Source: Eledone cirrhosa (lineage: Eukaryota). From it: DNA of 64,000 bases. The stretch is taken from the NCBI GenBank assembly GCA_964016885.1, contig OZ024744.1, positions 66,960,001 to 67,024,000 of the forward strand, given 5' to 3'. A program made the translations under genes and the position numbers. The notes below the pieces were generated by a model. The model was not told the origin of the DNA, did not search any database, and was given only the letters and a program-made list of their open reading frames with translations. Below are positions 1 to 14,405 of this stretch, in pieces. Numbering within the stretch: the stretch's first letter is position 1; each line of letters starts with the position of its first letter.

Positions 1-142
1 ACGTGTTAAACTTGCTTGGTAAGTTGTGTTTAAATTTCTTTAGAAATTCGTCATTGTGAACTTTTATTTTTATACCAATTTGTAGAGGGACTGACAGGTC
101 AAATTTTGAAAAACTTTTGCAAAACACTTCAATTTTTTAAAA

Positions 143-1834
143 ATGGCTGAAACAAAGGCACTTACTTCTTTGTCAAAACAAGAAGTTGGGAAGGGAAAGC
201 CATGCATACTTGACCAGCAGGTAGTAGCAGACATGGACAAAGGTATGCCAACATTATCGCCTCAACATTTAGAAGAGGAACAAGCTTCAGCTGATTGTAA
301 GCAACTGAACACGCCTGACGTCACAAACGTCACATGTATCCACACACAGAAGGAAGTATGTGTAGCAAATACTAATACCACCACAACCAACAACAACAAC
401 AACAACACAATAAATGAGAACAACAACAATACAACAAAAGGAATCAGTGGCAACACAACGAATGAGACCATCATCACCACCACCAACAACAATAACACAA
501 TTTCATTTGCAGCAACAGTTGCTAAGCAACAGGATTTTAAATACTACTCCATGGACATTTCCCAAAAGTCCTAATATTTGGAAGAAACTTCCAACTATGT
601 GACGTTTGAGGGAGACACCCCACACATACACATACCCCCACAAGTAAGAGAAATGACACAGAAAAAGAAGCTAATTTATAGAACAGTTGACATCACTACC
701 AAAAAACCCATAACGCTCCCAACAAACTCTATTGAAGCTGCACTAAAAGATATCAAGCCAGACGTGGCATACCTCCAAAGAGGTAAACAGTATGGAAGTG
801 TGTCAGTGCTCTTTAAGAGCGAAACTCTGGCACAAAAACACTCGGTTCACCCAATAAAAACGGATCAATACATCTTCTTCCCCACATACACGGGAAGAAG
901 ATCCTACAAAATAAAAATAACCAGGATCCCACCAGAGGTCAACATATGGTGGATCCTACGCTGCATCCTGAAGAAGAATGAGGACACTCTCCTATCTGTA
1001 GACAGGACAGACTGGCATAACTGGTTTGGAACCTGCATCAAGGTTCTGGTACAAATGAGGCCAGAGAGAGTTGAGAAAATACCGGACAGGATCGTCCTTG
1101 AGGACGATGTCATCTCCATTTTAGTGGAGGGGAAAAGACCTCAGTGCCATAAGTGTGGGAAAACCACACACTTAAAGGCCTTTTGCCCTCTGTTAAACAA
1201 ACCGAGGACAAACAAGGTGTTATTACCAACACCAAAACCCCAGCATCAACACTCCAAACCAAACAACACAAACACCTGCAACATCCACTCCCACACCACC
1301 ACAGGCCAGAGACAACCACACACAATCCCACTGAAAATCCCTCCATTGCCTCTTCCCCCCTGTCAAATACTTCCACAAACACCTGCACAAACACTCCACC
1401 ACACAACATACCCCTCCCATCTACGCCTGATTAAGAAGTCTCAGATACGGGAAAAAACAAAAAAGACACAAAAAAGACACAAAAACATCTACAGAAAACC
1501 CGCACACACCCAACCCCACCATAAACACACCGCCACAAACGACAAACACACTAACAACACAATCACCACCAACACAACCAAACACTTCACCAACAAAACA
1601 AACACCCACACCACCACAATCAAAAACCCCAACCACAAAAAGAAAACTACAAACAGAAACAGTACACATAAAAAACAAACACACTACACATACATAAAAA
1701 CAAGGAACAAAGAACTGGTGGAAAGTGTCCGAAAGGACCCCACAATACAAACGGAAGGGAAAACCTTCCCCACCAATGACTCACCCCAAACCTCAAACTT
1801 ATCAGGGTATCAACCCTACAGTATGAAACTTTAA
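143..1834 (+). pseudogene. Tx1/L1-clade LINE ORF1 (gag-like), interrupted by an in-frame stop at 572-574
   Basis: ORFs 143-574 and 578-1834 share a frame; CX2CX4HX4C zinc knuckle CHKCGKTTHLKAFC; lies directly upstream of an APE/RT ORF2. Confidence 0.8.
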
Positions 1835-2017
1835 AAGAGAACTTCCCACATGATGTAGGCCCCCCTTGCCAAAAGCCCCTTAACTGTGTCCTGCTAAAAG
1901 GATTCCCTCCCTCACCAAACACCACCAATCTGGACATGGAGATCGAACAACCCGACCTCCAGGAAACGAAAAGGTAAGTGTTCCTGCCTTTTCTCTCCTT
2001 AACTATTCTTCACCAAC

Positions 2018-3647
2018 ATGGCGACTATACAAGTTGTATGTTTGAATGTACGTGGCCTGGGCATGTCCTGGAAACAGGGTCAGATTTTAAATGATTTCAG
2101 GTCACATTGTATAGATGTGATAGCCATCACCGAGTCCAGGATTCACGACAAGCAGCAGCTAACACCCATGTTCGATGATTTTGAGATCTACGCATCTCTC
2201 TGTCAGCCAGGAGGTGGAGGGGGAGTTGCTGTTCTGTTTCGAAAAAACTTGGATCTCAAAATACAGACGATTCACTTGGACCCGGAGGGCAGCCTGGTGG
2301 TTCTGGACGTGAATGGTAGTGAAGGTGGAGCTTTCAGACTGGTGGCCGTACATGCCCGACTGGGACATCGCGACCAGAGTTCTTCAAGTGTCTGGAGCCA
2401 TTCCTGGGAACGTCTCGCTCCTTAGAGTTAGAGGGGGACTGGAATGGCATCTTAGACGCACTTTGGGACTATGTAGGAGCTTGTGATAATAGAGGGGGGT
2501 GTAATAGCCTCAAAAATCTCATCAGCCAATTCCAACTGGCTGATAGATATCGACTAGACTTCCCAAGTGCACCACTGTGGACGTGGAGCAACCGCACTGG
2601 GTCCTCTAGATCGTATTTAGATAGATTTTTAATTAGAGAGAATGATAAAGAACATTAAGCTGTCCACAAATGCACATGGTTGCCTATTCAGACCACAAAT
2701 TAGTCACCTGCATAGTCAACCTTGATAGAACACATAGACAGGAACCCAGATACTGGAAGCTAAACATGTCGCTCCCGGCGCGTAAGGCCTACAGTAAACG
2801 TGTTAGCACCTTAGTTAAGAGCCAGTTGACGGGGGCGATCGTCAACAACAGGTGGTGGAGCTCTCTCAAGAGAGCAATTACAATAGAATCGATAGCATTT
2901 AGTAAGGAAGTAGCTTTAGAAAAACACAAAACTGAAAAGGAACTGGTAGCTAAAATAGAAGAGGCACTTAGGAATGGCAGTACAGCTGACGTGCTAGCGG
3001 CGAGAATGGCATTAGACCAGTTCTTCAACGTGAAACACGAAGGTTGTATTGTCAGAAGTAGAACACGTGCTCTAAGAAACGAGGGAGCCAAAGTTGTTAA
3101 CTGGGCCCGAGTGGCAGAGGCGAAAAGTGGTAACAAATCCACAATTCGGGCTTTGCAAGACAAAGATGGACGCATTATACCTGAACCCAAGCAGATGTGC
3201 ACGGCCTTCCAGCAGCACTTTGCACAACTGTTCGGGCAAAGCGGTGCGTCGAGCGAGGTGATGGACTTCAGCTCCTACCTCGACGGCGTACCACGACTCT
3301 CGAGCACGGATGCGTGGAGCTGCAAAAGGCCGATCACAGCGGACGAAATAGAAGATGCCCTAGGCCGCTGCGGGAAACGCAAATCACCCGGTTTAGATGG
3401 TCTATCCTATGAGTTTTACATAGGCATGCCAGACTTGTTCTCTGGCGTCCTCGAAGCGGTCTACTGCAACTGGCAGCAGAACAGGAGAATTCCCAGTTCT
3501 GTAGGCAGAGGCGTAGTAACGCTGATCTGGAAAAATGAGAATAAGGGAGATGAGATAAGCAATTTCAGGCCCATAACTCTGCTCAACAGATTTTGTCCAA
3601 GGTGTTAGCAGCAAGGCTGGCGCTTGTCGTCCAGAACCTAGTAGGGA
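2018..3647 (+). pseudogene. Tx1/L1-clade LINE ORF2 (AP endonuclease plus start of RT), frameshifted, cut off at about 3648 by an HHR element
   Basis: Motifs LNVRGL, GGGVAVL, GDWN, YLDRF, SDH, YWKLN, KSPGLDGL..EFY, NFRPITLLN. Confidence 0.88.
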
Positions 3648-3860
3648 ACACTGGAAGACAATATCCGTAGTGGTAGACCACTCAGTCCATGGGACGAGTT
3701 AGGTAGAAGTGGTTACACAACAGTTAGTTCACGATACCGAGAACAATTGTTTCACCTTAGCGGATCCTCAGCTCGGAAATTTCCGAAATTTCCGAGCTGA
3801 GGATCCGCTAAAGTGAAACTGTTCTCGGTATGGTGAACTAACTGTTGTGTAACCACTTCT
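3648..3860. mobile_element. Palindromic PLE-pLTR-like element, family A, with HHR motifs in both arms
   Basis: Inverted repeat 3705-3860 plus a ~57-nt extension on the left; same family as 12238-12440; minus arm reads CCGAG CUGAGGA UCCGCUAAGGU GAAAC AAUU GUU CUCGG. Confidence 0.8.
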
Positions 3861-3878
3861 CTCTCTCTCTCTCTATCT

Positions 3879-4018
<140 letters not shown>

Positions 4019-4083
4019 TAGGTAGTACGGTGAAATACTGGTGTTGGTACCAAATCAAGCATTCTATGCACTGGTAAAAGTGT

Positions 4084-4396
4084 ATATAATAGAATAGCGA
4101 GGAAGTTTCGTTTACATTTGAAAAATATTTATTGAGTATCGACCATGCGCGCGTTTCGCAGAGGATTGGCTCAAGGTAACCCATAGGAGTTATGGACCCA
4201 ACTCCAGTCTCTATCTGCTCCACAGACAACAAAAATATATCTTTTGTCGCATCACCAGTCTGAGGAGCAGATCGATAGTGGAGTCGGGTCCATAACTCTT
4301 ATGGGTCAATTGACACAATCCTCTGCGAAACGCGCGTAACAGGTCGATACGCAATAAATATTTTTCAAATGTAAACGAAATTTCCTCGTTTTATTC

Positions 4397-4405
<9 letters not shown>
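4084..4405. mobile_element. Palindromic HHR element, family B, in (TA)n
   Basis: Arms 4084-4227 and 4258-4405 are diverged inverted copies. Confidence 0.75.
4254..4344 (+). ncRNA. Type I hammerhead ribozyme (family B) with long stem II
   Basis: ACCAGU CUGAGGA GCAGA..(~50 nt)..UCUGC GAAAC GCGC GUA ACAGGU. Confidence 0.75.
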
Positions 4406-4445
<40 letters not shown>

Positions 4446-4729
4446 TTGGTGCTCTGAAATAGCGATGTATATAGTATATTTGGCAATATACTGTATGCTT
4501 AATTAAAAGCATTTTGAAGACCTTTCGCTATTATTTTAAAGTAGTGACTATGTCACTTCTTTTTTCAACAAACAAAGGAAGATAACCTGACAGATCTGTT
4601 TTATACTGTTGGTAATCATCAGAGCTTAGCACTCGCTTTGTCCGTTGAAAATGATAAATGTTGGATTCTTATAGAATTCCAGAATGATTACCAACAGTAT
4701 GAAACAGATCTGTCAGCTTATCTCCCTCC

Positions 4730-7720
4730 AGGACTTCACTCTGCAAGCAGCTACCAGACCTCCCAACACCTGTGAGTGAGCGGCTGATGAAGCTCCGCTT
4801 CCCCCTCGACCCATCTCTGCATGTCACAGCCATCAGCGCGTACGCCTCACTCTCACCAGCAACGATGAAGCAAAGGACGCTTTCTACGGGGAACTCAACG
4901 CACTCGTGAAGGGCGTCCCCCAAGCGATAAACTCATCCTACTTGGGGACTTCAACTCAAGAGTTGGGTCTGATAGCAGCAACTGGAGAGACGTGCTGGGA
5001 CCTCATGGCACAGGGAAGCTGAACTCTAACGGCCTCATACTGTTGAGTTTCTGCTCCGAGAACGACCTCACTATCACCAGCACACTGTTCCGCCAGGCAG
5101 ACAAGTTCAAGACGACATGGATGCACCCCCGATCCAAACAGTGGCATCAGATTGACTTTGCCATATGCCGTAGGAGGGACATCCGTGACGTCAGAATCAC
5201 CAGGGCCATGCATGGTGCAGAGTGTTGGACCGACCATCGCCTTGTCAGGACCATCCTGTCACTGCACATCACCCTGAGGCATCGCAAGACTCCAAAAGTC
5301 TGTAGGCCAGCTTTCGACGTCGCACGACTCAAGCAGCCACAGCATCGTGATGCGTTCGCGGGAGACCTGGACGGCCGGCTGACTGCCCATGGACTACTGA
5401 CCGGAACCCAACTCAACAGTGGGACTAGTTCAGGTCGCTGGTGACAGAGTCAGCCAAGGTAACCATCGGGCCGAGGAAGAGTGTCCACCAGGAATGGTTT
5501 GATGAAAACTATGAGCGCATCAGACAACTCCTGGACAAGAAGAGGAGGGCTTTAATTGAGTGGCAGAATGACAGCTCCTCCACCTCGAAGCGCGACGGTT
5601 TCAAGCACCTCCAGAGGCAGACCCAAGCAGCGCTACGCAGAATGCAGGACAAGTGGTGGGGAAAGAAGGCCGAAGAAGTCGAGAGATACGCTGACACAAA
5701 GAACTCCAAGATGTTCTTCAGTGCCATCGGGGACGTCGACGGACCCCCAAACCTGTCACCACACCACTCCTGTCTGCTGACGGCTCGATCTTTCTGAAGG
5801 AGAAGAGCAGCATCAACTCGAGGTGGTGAGAGCACTTCAGCAACCTGCTCAACAGGCTCTCCACTGTCGACCCTGCCGCCCTCGACCAGGTCCCACAGAA
5901 GCCCGTAGTCGGCAGCCTCGACCTCCCCATTACGTTGGATGAAGTCACGAAGGCAATCAACCAGATCAGCTCAGGAAAGGCCCCTGTGAAGGACGGGATT
6001 CCTGCTGAGATCTTCAAGTCGGCCGGTCCAGCTTCCCTGGGGCCTTCCACACCCACCTCGTCAGCATATGGGAGGTAGAAGAGGTGCCCAAAGACTTCAG
6101 GGATGTCACAGTTCTCTCGCTTTTTAAGAACAAAGGCCACAAAACTGACTGTGAGAACTATCGGGGCATTTCTCTCCTGTCCATCGCTGGGAAGGTCCTG
6201 GCTCGGGTCATGCTCAACCGCCTCATTGCCAACAACTCGGAGGACAACCTGCCTGAGGCGCAGTGTGGGTTCCGCCCAAACCGCAGCACGATCGACATGA
6301 TCTTCTCTGTACGCCAGGTGCAGGAGAACTGTGTCGAGCAGAACATGGACCTCTTTGCCGTCTTCATAGACTTGACGAAGGCATTCGACACTGTGAACAG
6401 GGAGGGCCTTTGACACTGTCAACAGGGAGGCCCTTTGACACTGTCAACAGGGAGGCCCTTTGACACTGTCAACAGGGAGGCCCTCTGGTCGATCCTGTCG
6501 AAGTTTGGATGCCCGACAAAGTTTGTGAACTTGATACGGCAATTCCATGACGACATGACCGGGCGGAGAGGCATCGGAGCCGTTCGGAATCACCAGTAAG
6601 GATGCGTGCTGGCTCCCATCCTCTTCAACCTGTTCTTCACCTGCGTGCTCAATCATGCCGTCAGGGACCTCGAACACGCAGTGTATCTGCGATACAGACT
6701 GGACGGCTCCCTGTTTGACCTGCGGCGCCTGACGGCCAAGACAAGGACTGTGCCCTCATGACCCACAGGGAGTCTGACCTCCAACTCATCGTCAACAAGT
6801 TCGCGGAGGCCTCCTGCCTCGTCGCTCTCACAATTAGCCTTGGCAAGACTGAGGTCCTGTTCCAGCCTGTACCTGTCTCCGTCGCCCACCCTCCTTCCGT
6901 CTCCATCGGAGTCACCCAGCTAAAGACGGTGGACGACTTCAAGTACCTCGGCAGTGTCATCAGCAGCGATAGAAGCCTCGACGAGGAGATAAACGCCAGG
7001 ATCTGCAAGGCCAGTCAAGCCCTTGGCCGCCTGAGGACACGCGTCCTGAACCAGTACAACATCAGGCAGTCCACCAAGCTCAAGGTGTACAGGACCGTTG
7101 TTTTCACCAGCCTCCTCTACAGGTGTGAGACATGGACCCTGTACAGAAGGCACCTGGAACGATTCCACATGCGAAGCCTGCGGTCAATAATGAACATCAA
7201 ATGGCAGGACTAGGTCTCCAACATCGAAGTTCTTGACATGGCTGAGACAACCAGTGTCGAAGCTATGATACTGAAGAGCCAACTTCGATGGGTGGGCATG
7301 TCATCCGGATGGACAATCACAGGCTTCCGAAGCAACTGATGTATGGGGAACTCTGTTCGGGGAAACGAAAGCGGGGCAGGCCTCTCAAGAGGTTCAAAGA
7401 CTGTGTGAAGTCCAGTATCAACAACACTGGAATCGCGCCAAAACAACTCGAGTCTCATGCCCGGGACCGGACTGAGTGGCGAGCTCTTACCAGACGCACC
7501 AAAGACTCTTTTGAAGAGAAGAGACGAGCAGAGGTCACCGAGACCCGTGAAAGGAGGAGAAAGGCATCAACAGCTGCCCCAAGCGATTCCGGTCTCTTCC
7601 CCTGCCCCCACTGTCCCCGGACCTGCAAGTCAAGGATCGGCTTCCACAGCCACCTTCGTGCCCATGGCAGACGGGAACTAAAGTAAAGAAGATGTCATCA
7701 TCGTTTACGATGGACAACCA
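4730..7720 (+). mobile_element. RTE-clade (BovB-like) LINE, decayed: APE + RT + C-terminal C2H2 finger
   Basis: GDFN, TWMHPRSKQWHQIDF, TDHRLV, NYRGISLLS, AQCGFR, FIDLTKAFDTV, FKYLGS, CPHCPRTCKSRIGFHSHLRAH across several frameshifts. Confidence 0.92.
6387..6485 (+). repeat. Four tandem copies of a 25-bp unit inside the RTE RT region
   Basis: GACACTGTCAACAGGGAGGCCCTTT-like unit at 6387, 6412, 6437, 6462. Confidence 0.9.
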
Positions 7721-7969
7721 AGATATATATATACAGTAACTGAGACTGCGTAAATATGTATATAAATTTATACATTTTTAGCATATAGAAATGTAAACAT
7801 GCCTGATATACGTATTTTCTTGTAAACTGAAAAAAAAATGGTTAATACTTTTTATCGATTTAATATATAATCTAATTGCATATATCAAATATATCCTAAT
7901 CACTTCACACATTTCCAGTTTTCTCTCATTTTCCACATTTAGTACCTCATATCTCACTGGCACATAGCA

Positions 7970-8235
7970 TCACTCCAGCGAAGAGTGCTTCAGTTTATTC
8001 AATCAACGGACCAGCGTGTTCGTGAAATTAATATGCAAGTGACTGAGAATGCAACAGACACTTGCACCCGTAACATAGTTCTCAGGGAGGCACAACTCAT
8101 TTTTTTTCCAGCTTAGTGGACTGCAGCAACCGGAAATAAAATGTCTTGCTCAAGGGCACAACGCTCGGTCTGGAAATCGAACTTACGATTTTACGATTGT
8201 AAGCCTAGCAGCCTACCCAGTAAGCAACGCGCCTT
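7970..8235 (-). mobile_element. tRNA-derived SINE family 2
   Basis: Minus strand shows tRNA-like A/B-box head followed by TGTGCCCTTGAGCAAGACA core; related copies at 34315, 54660, 61045, 61619. Confidence 0.7.
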
Positions 8236-8344
8236 CACACATTTCATACAACGACGGATTCTCCCAATTCTTTTAAAGATCCACAGATTCATGTAGTTTA
8301 ATATTATATAATCTATTGATCAGGCTCCCACCTATTCAATAGAT

Positions 8345-8487
8345 TATGTATGGTATGGTCCCGTAACTCCTGATAGAGTCGTAGGGGTGCAGTATTGACA
8401 TACAGTGTTGGACATTTTAAGCCTGGCAGAGCCCATCCCTCTCTAGGCCTGAGAACAGCAGATTTCTTCCAGAGAAAGATAGAAAGT

Positions 8488-8553
<66 letters not shown>

Positions 8554-8730
8554 GAGAAAGAGATATAGAGGAAGAATCAATCGACCCCAGTACTAAACTG
8601 GTACTTTTTTTATCGACCTCGAAAGGATGAAAGTCAAAATTGACCTCGACGGCATCTGAACTTAGAGAACCGGAACAACTACCATAGAGCATTCTATTCG
8701 ACGTTCTAACGACTCTGCCAATTCGCCGCC
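8345..8730 (-). mobile_element. tRNA-derived SINE family 1 (Meta-domain-like), long-tail subfamily
   Basis: Core TTTCATCCTTTCGAGGTCGATAAAAAAAGTACCAG on minus; tail shared with 56488-56815 and 62520-62880. Confidence 0.75.
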
Positions 8731-8970
8731 TTCAATAGATTATACCGACATTAAATCCTCGTATTTCACCACCATGATACATCACACTCCGTACATATGT
8801 TTTACACATATCAACTGACATTTTTAATGCCCAACGACTTTCTCTAATCTTGTGTTTCATCTTAAACACACCTGAACGGTGTGCCGCCTTGGTTGTATGT
8901 CTGTCTGTCTGTCTGTCTGTCTGTCAGGGATTTCACGGTATCTATTCTGGAACAACTGTTTCAAATAAAT

Positions 8971-9521
8971 CAAAGGTTCTCAAAGTGGGCGCTACCGCCT
9001 CCCACCCCAGGGAGCTTTCAGAATGTCTAGGGGGGGGGGGGATGGGGGGGGAGGATGGGGGGGGGGGTGCAGTAGTGATAATATAATACTATATTAAATA
9101 TCAAATGATACATATAAATATAGTAAAATAAAAAATATATAATATATATTTATACATAGTATATATTATATTATTTATTATATATAAATTAATGATTCTA
9201 TTTATTTGGTGGTATCGGTAGAGGGTCGGATGCCATTCTTTGCAGCAAAGAGTTGCGTCCCTTTATGATCTGTGTTCAAATCTCGTCGAGGTTAACTTTG
9301 CCGTTCATCCTTACGGTGTCGATTAAATAAAGTAGCAGTAATACACTGGGGTTGAATTAATTGACTTCCCCCTACCCCAAAGTTGCTGGCCTTGTGCCTA
9401 CATAAGAAACCATTATTTATATTTTGCATGTAGGCAGGTCTCTCTGGAAATAGGGGTAGGGGTGCTGAGGGTATTACGTGGCTGTAAGGGGGCGGTACCC
9501 CAAAATGTTTGAGAAGTTTTG
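8971..9521. mobile_element. hAT (Charlie-like) MITE with nested SINE
   Basis: Ends CAAAGGTTCTCAAA / TTTGAGAAGTTTTG; internal sequence matches 33290-34072; 8-bp TSD only partly retained. Confidence 0.65.
9206..9417 (+). mobile_element. SINE family 1
   Basis: GGTATCGGTAGAGGGTCGGA..GTTCAAAT..GTTAACTTTGCC..CATCCTTACGG..GGCCTTGTGCC. Confidence 0.85.
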
Positions 9522-9540
9522 GTCTAAATAGACGATAACG

Positions 9541-9700
9541 GATCCATAAATGCTGAGCTGGCCAGTCGCAGGTGTGAGCCCCGCGAGATGAAATGGCTCT
9601 TCCAGCGCGTCTCCCTTAACATCCTCCGGGGAAACGGCTTCTCCATTCTGTCCGGCGAGACCGTGGGGCGGCCAGCACGTAGGACCGCATTTGCTCACAA
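9541..9700 (+). mobile_element. 3' fragment of CRE-like retrotransposon
   Basis: Encodes ELASRRCEPREMKWLFQRVSLNILRGNGFSIL, close to the C-terminus of the element at 39190-40808. Confidence 0.75.
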
Positions 9701-10138
9701 TACAGAGAGATGGGGAGGGCGAGAGAGATGGAGGCGATGACAGTGGGAGTTCGGCTCTTCCGAGTTCGGAATATTTATCAGACTGTAGGTTTTATGTACT
9801 TGCTTTAATGTAGACAAAGAAATAGACCTATTTTTTGTCACAGGGATAACAATGACATTAATATACAGTTGCAATTTCCTGTCAGTTTCTTATACTGTCA
9901 CATCTCGCCCTAAAACCAAAGATTGAAGGCAAGATTTGAACTCAGACTCTAAAGCGATGCATTGCCCGCCTCTACTCCACTTCTACATATTAAAGAAAAT
10001 AGCTTCTCAGATTGCGCGTGGATACGGTGCACAAACACTAGGCATGAAAAAAGGTGGTAATTTTTGGATCCCACCGGAGAGCAAACGTATGACACGAAGA
10101 CCCATTCTAAGAAGACCTACAGGAAACTAAACATCAGC

Positions 10139-10460
10139 TTCTTCTTCTTCTTCTTCTTCTTCTTCTTCTTCTTCTTCTTCTTCTTCTTCTTCTTCTTCTT
10201 CTTCTTCTTCTTCTTCTTCTTCTTCTTCTTCTTCTTCTTCTTCTTCTTCTTCTTCTTCTTCTTCTTCTTCTTCTTCTTCTTCTTCTTCTTCATAAATTAA
10301 AGAATGATATCGTCGCTGCTTCAAAATTTAAAAATCTTCTGTCGGATTTTCATTAGAAGTGGGTGTTTTCCCTCCAAACAACCTCTTCTTGATTGCCTAA
10401 TACTTATCCATTGTGAAAGGGTTTGTGTTAATTTCAAAATGTGGAAGAACAGTGAAAACT
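10139..10460 (-). mobile_element. Retroposon 3' end with long (GAA)n tail (10139-10291)
   Basis: 10300-10460 is the reverse complement of 55855-55992, which also ends in (GAA)n. Confidence 0.7.
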
Positions 10461-10669
10461 TATTCTTCATTACTTATTATTCTGTCACTAATAACACAAG
10501 TCAGGAAGAAAATTAAGTGACGACACTTAACCATGCATATGTAGCGACATCAAACGTTTATTTTCACACTTTCTTGTGTTTTAGAAATGTATTAAAATAT
10601 TACAACTAGAGTTACAATGTTGAATTATTATAATAAAAATAATAAAATAATACGATACTTTATAACCTT

Positions 10670-12215
<1,546 letters not shown>

Positions 12216-12237
12216 AGAAAAAAGAAAATATATATAT

Positions 12238-12880
<643 letters not shown>

Positions 12881-13002
12881 TACACGGGTCGGAAAGATTC
12901 CTTTCTTTGAGCTACTTAATTGTAAAAACTATTTTGAGTTTATAACTCAATCTATGATATATACATATATATATATATATATATATTCTCCGAGAGAGAA
13001 AA

Positions 13003-13084
13003 GCATTCTGACGAGGATCTCTTTCTCAATGGAAATCCGCTTGGATTATCTATTTGTTTTGGGATCTGAAACCGCGGTAAAGGC
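13003..13084 (+). ncRNA. Type I hammerhead (family D, copy 1)
   Basis: GCAUU CUGACGA GGAUC..GAUCU GAAAC CGCG GUA AAGGC. Confidence 0.78.
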
Positions 13085-13474
13085 ACATATAGTAAGTACA
13101 GTGAATTTTTTGAAATTTATTTTAAAATGTTTTCTTTATTTGCTTTTCCTTGATTTTATATGTTCTGGCTTGTTAATTTATTAACTTGCCATTGAACGAC
13201 ACTTGCATACGGTCGGGCTATACTTGTATCCTTATGTGTATTATTTACATGTAGGAACACATACTTTTATTATTATTCTCCCCAACGGTAGAGAAACCCT
13301 TGGTCATTTGAACGACTGCTATTTTTAGTAGCGAGAGATTGACCTGTCCACTTGGCTTCAGTCTTTGCACACGGTACTAGAAAAATTGTTTCATCATTCA
13401 TTTGTTGGGGCAGTTTTGTATGGCGCCAGTTTGTATTTTGAACTCGGGAATCTTATATTCTCCGAGAGAGAAAA

Positions 13475-13556
13475 GCCTTCTGAAGAAGATCTCTTTCTCA
13501 ATGGAAATCCGCTTGGATTATCTATTTGTTTTGGGATCTGAAACCGCGGTAAAGGC
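13475..13556 (+). ncRNA. Type I hammerhead (family D, copy 2)
   Basis: GCCUU CUGAAGA AGAUC..GAUCU GAAAC CGCG GUA AAGGC; perfect stems I and II base. Confidence 0.85.
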
Positions 13557-13622
13557 ACATATAGTAAGTACAGTGAATTTTTGAAATTTATTAAAAACTT
13601 TTTCTTTATTTGCTTTCCCTTG

Positions 13623-13663
<41 letters not shown>

Positions 13664-13791
13664 AAAGTTCTATTTAAAGTTGTTGGGATACAACAAGTAA
13701 ATATTTTTATTACTGATATAAAGCACCCGACAAATTTTTGGAGTAGATATACGATATTAATAAATGGAAACTATATTTATAAAACCATATT

Positions 13792-13856
13792 TATTTCATT
13801 ATACATATTTCAGGGATACCACATTAAATTATGGTATGCCTTCATCAGACAAAATA
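13792..13856 (-). ncRNA. Type I hammerhead (family O), antisense and upstream of a PLE ORF
   Basis: UAUUUUGU CUGAUGA AGGCAUACCAUA AUUUAA UGUGGUAUCCCU GAAAU AUGU AUA AUGAAAUA; flanks match 42630-42830. Confidence 0.8.
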
Positions 13857-14405
13857 CAATATATAACAGTTTTAAAAATAGGTTTGACGTACCCTTTAAA
13901 ATACAACCATTACTTTTGGAGGCTGTCTGGATAGTGATTTGTTTATATAATAAGTCATAGTGTTAAGCACAATTAGAAAAAGACGGAGAGAAAGAAAGAG
14001 AAAAGAACAAAGACAGAGAGAGAGAGAGAAAAGAGAAAGAAAACCTGGAGAAATATCGGAGAGAGAGAGAAATATATGGAGAAAAGAAAGAGATAGATAA
14101 AGATAGGAGGAAAGAAAAAGAAAGAAAAGGAAGGAATAAGAAAAACAAAGGAAAGCAACAGAGAGATATGAAGTTATCATACAGAAAGAGAAACTCAAGA
14201 GAGAGAAATACTATATAGAGAGAGGGGGGACAGTGACAACTTTACGTCATGTCATATTAAGTTGACTTAACAATTTATATGAAATGAATAATAAAAATAT
14301 AAATATAAGTATCAATATTCATGAATGGGACATATATATATAATATGAGAAATTAAACACTGTTCAATAATGACCACATGTTTAGTTTAGAAACTTGAGA
14401 TCAAT

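Larger units (their letters stand above)
12985..13627 (+). mobile_element. Retrozyme/pLTR-like unit, family D: ~170-bp direct repeats 472 nt apart, each with an HHR, in (TA)n
   Basis: CUGANGA at 13008 and 13480; (TA)n on both sides. Confidence 0.8.
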
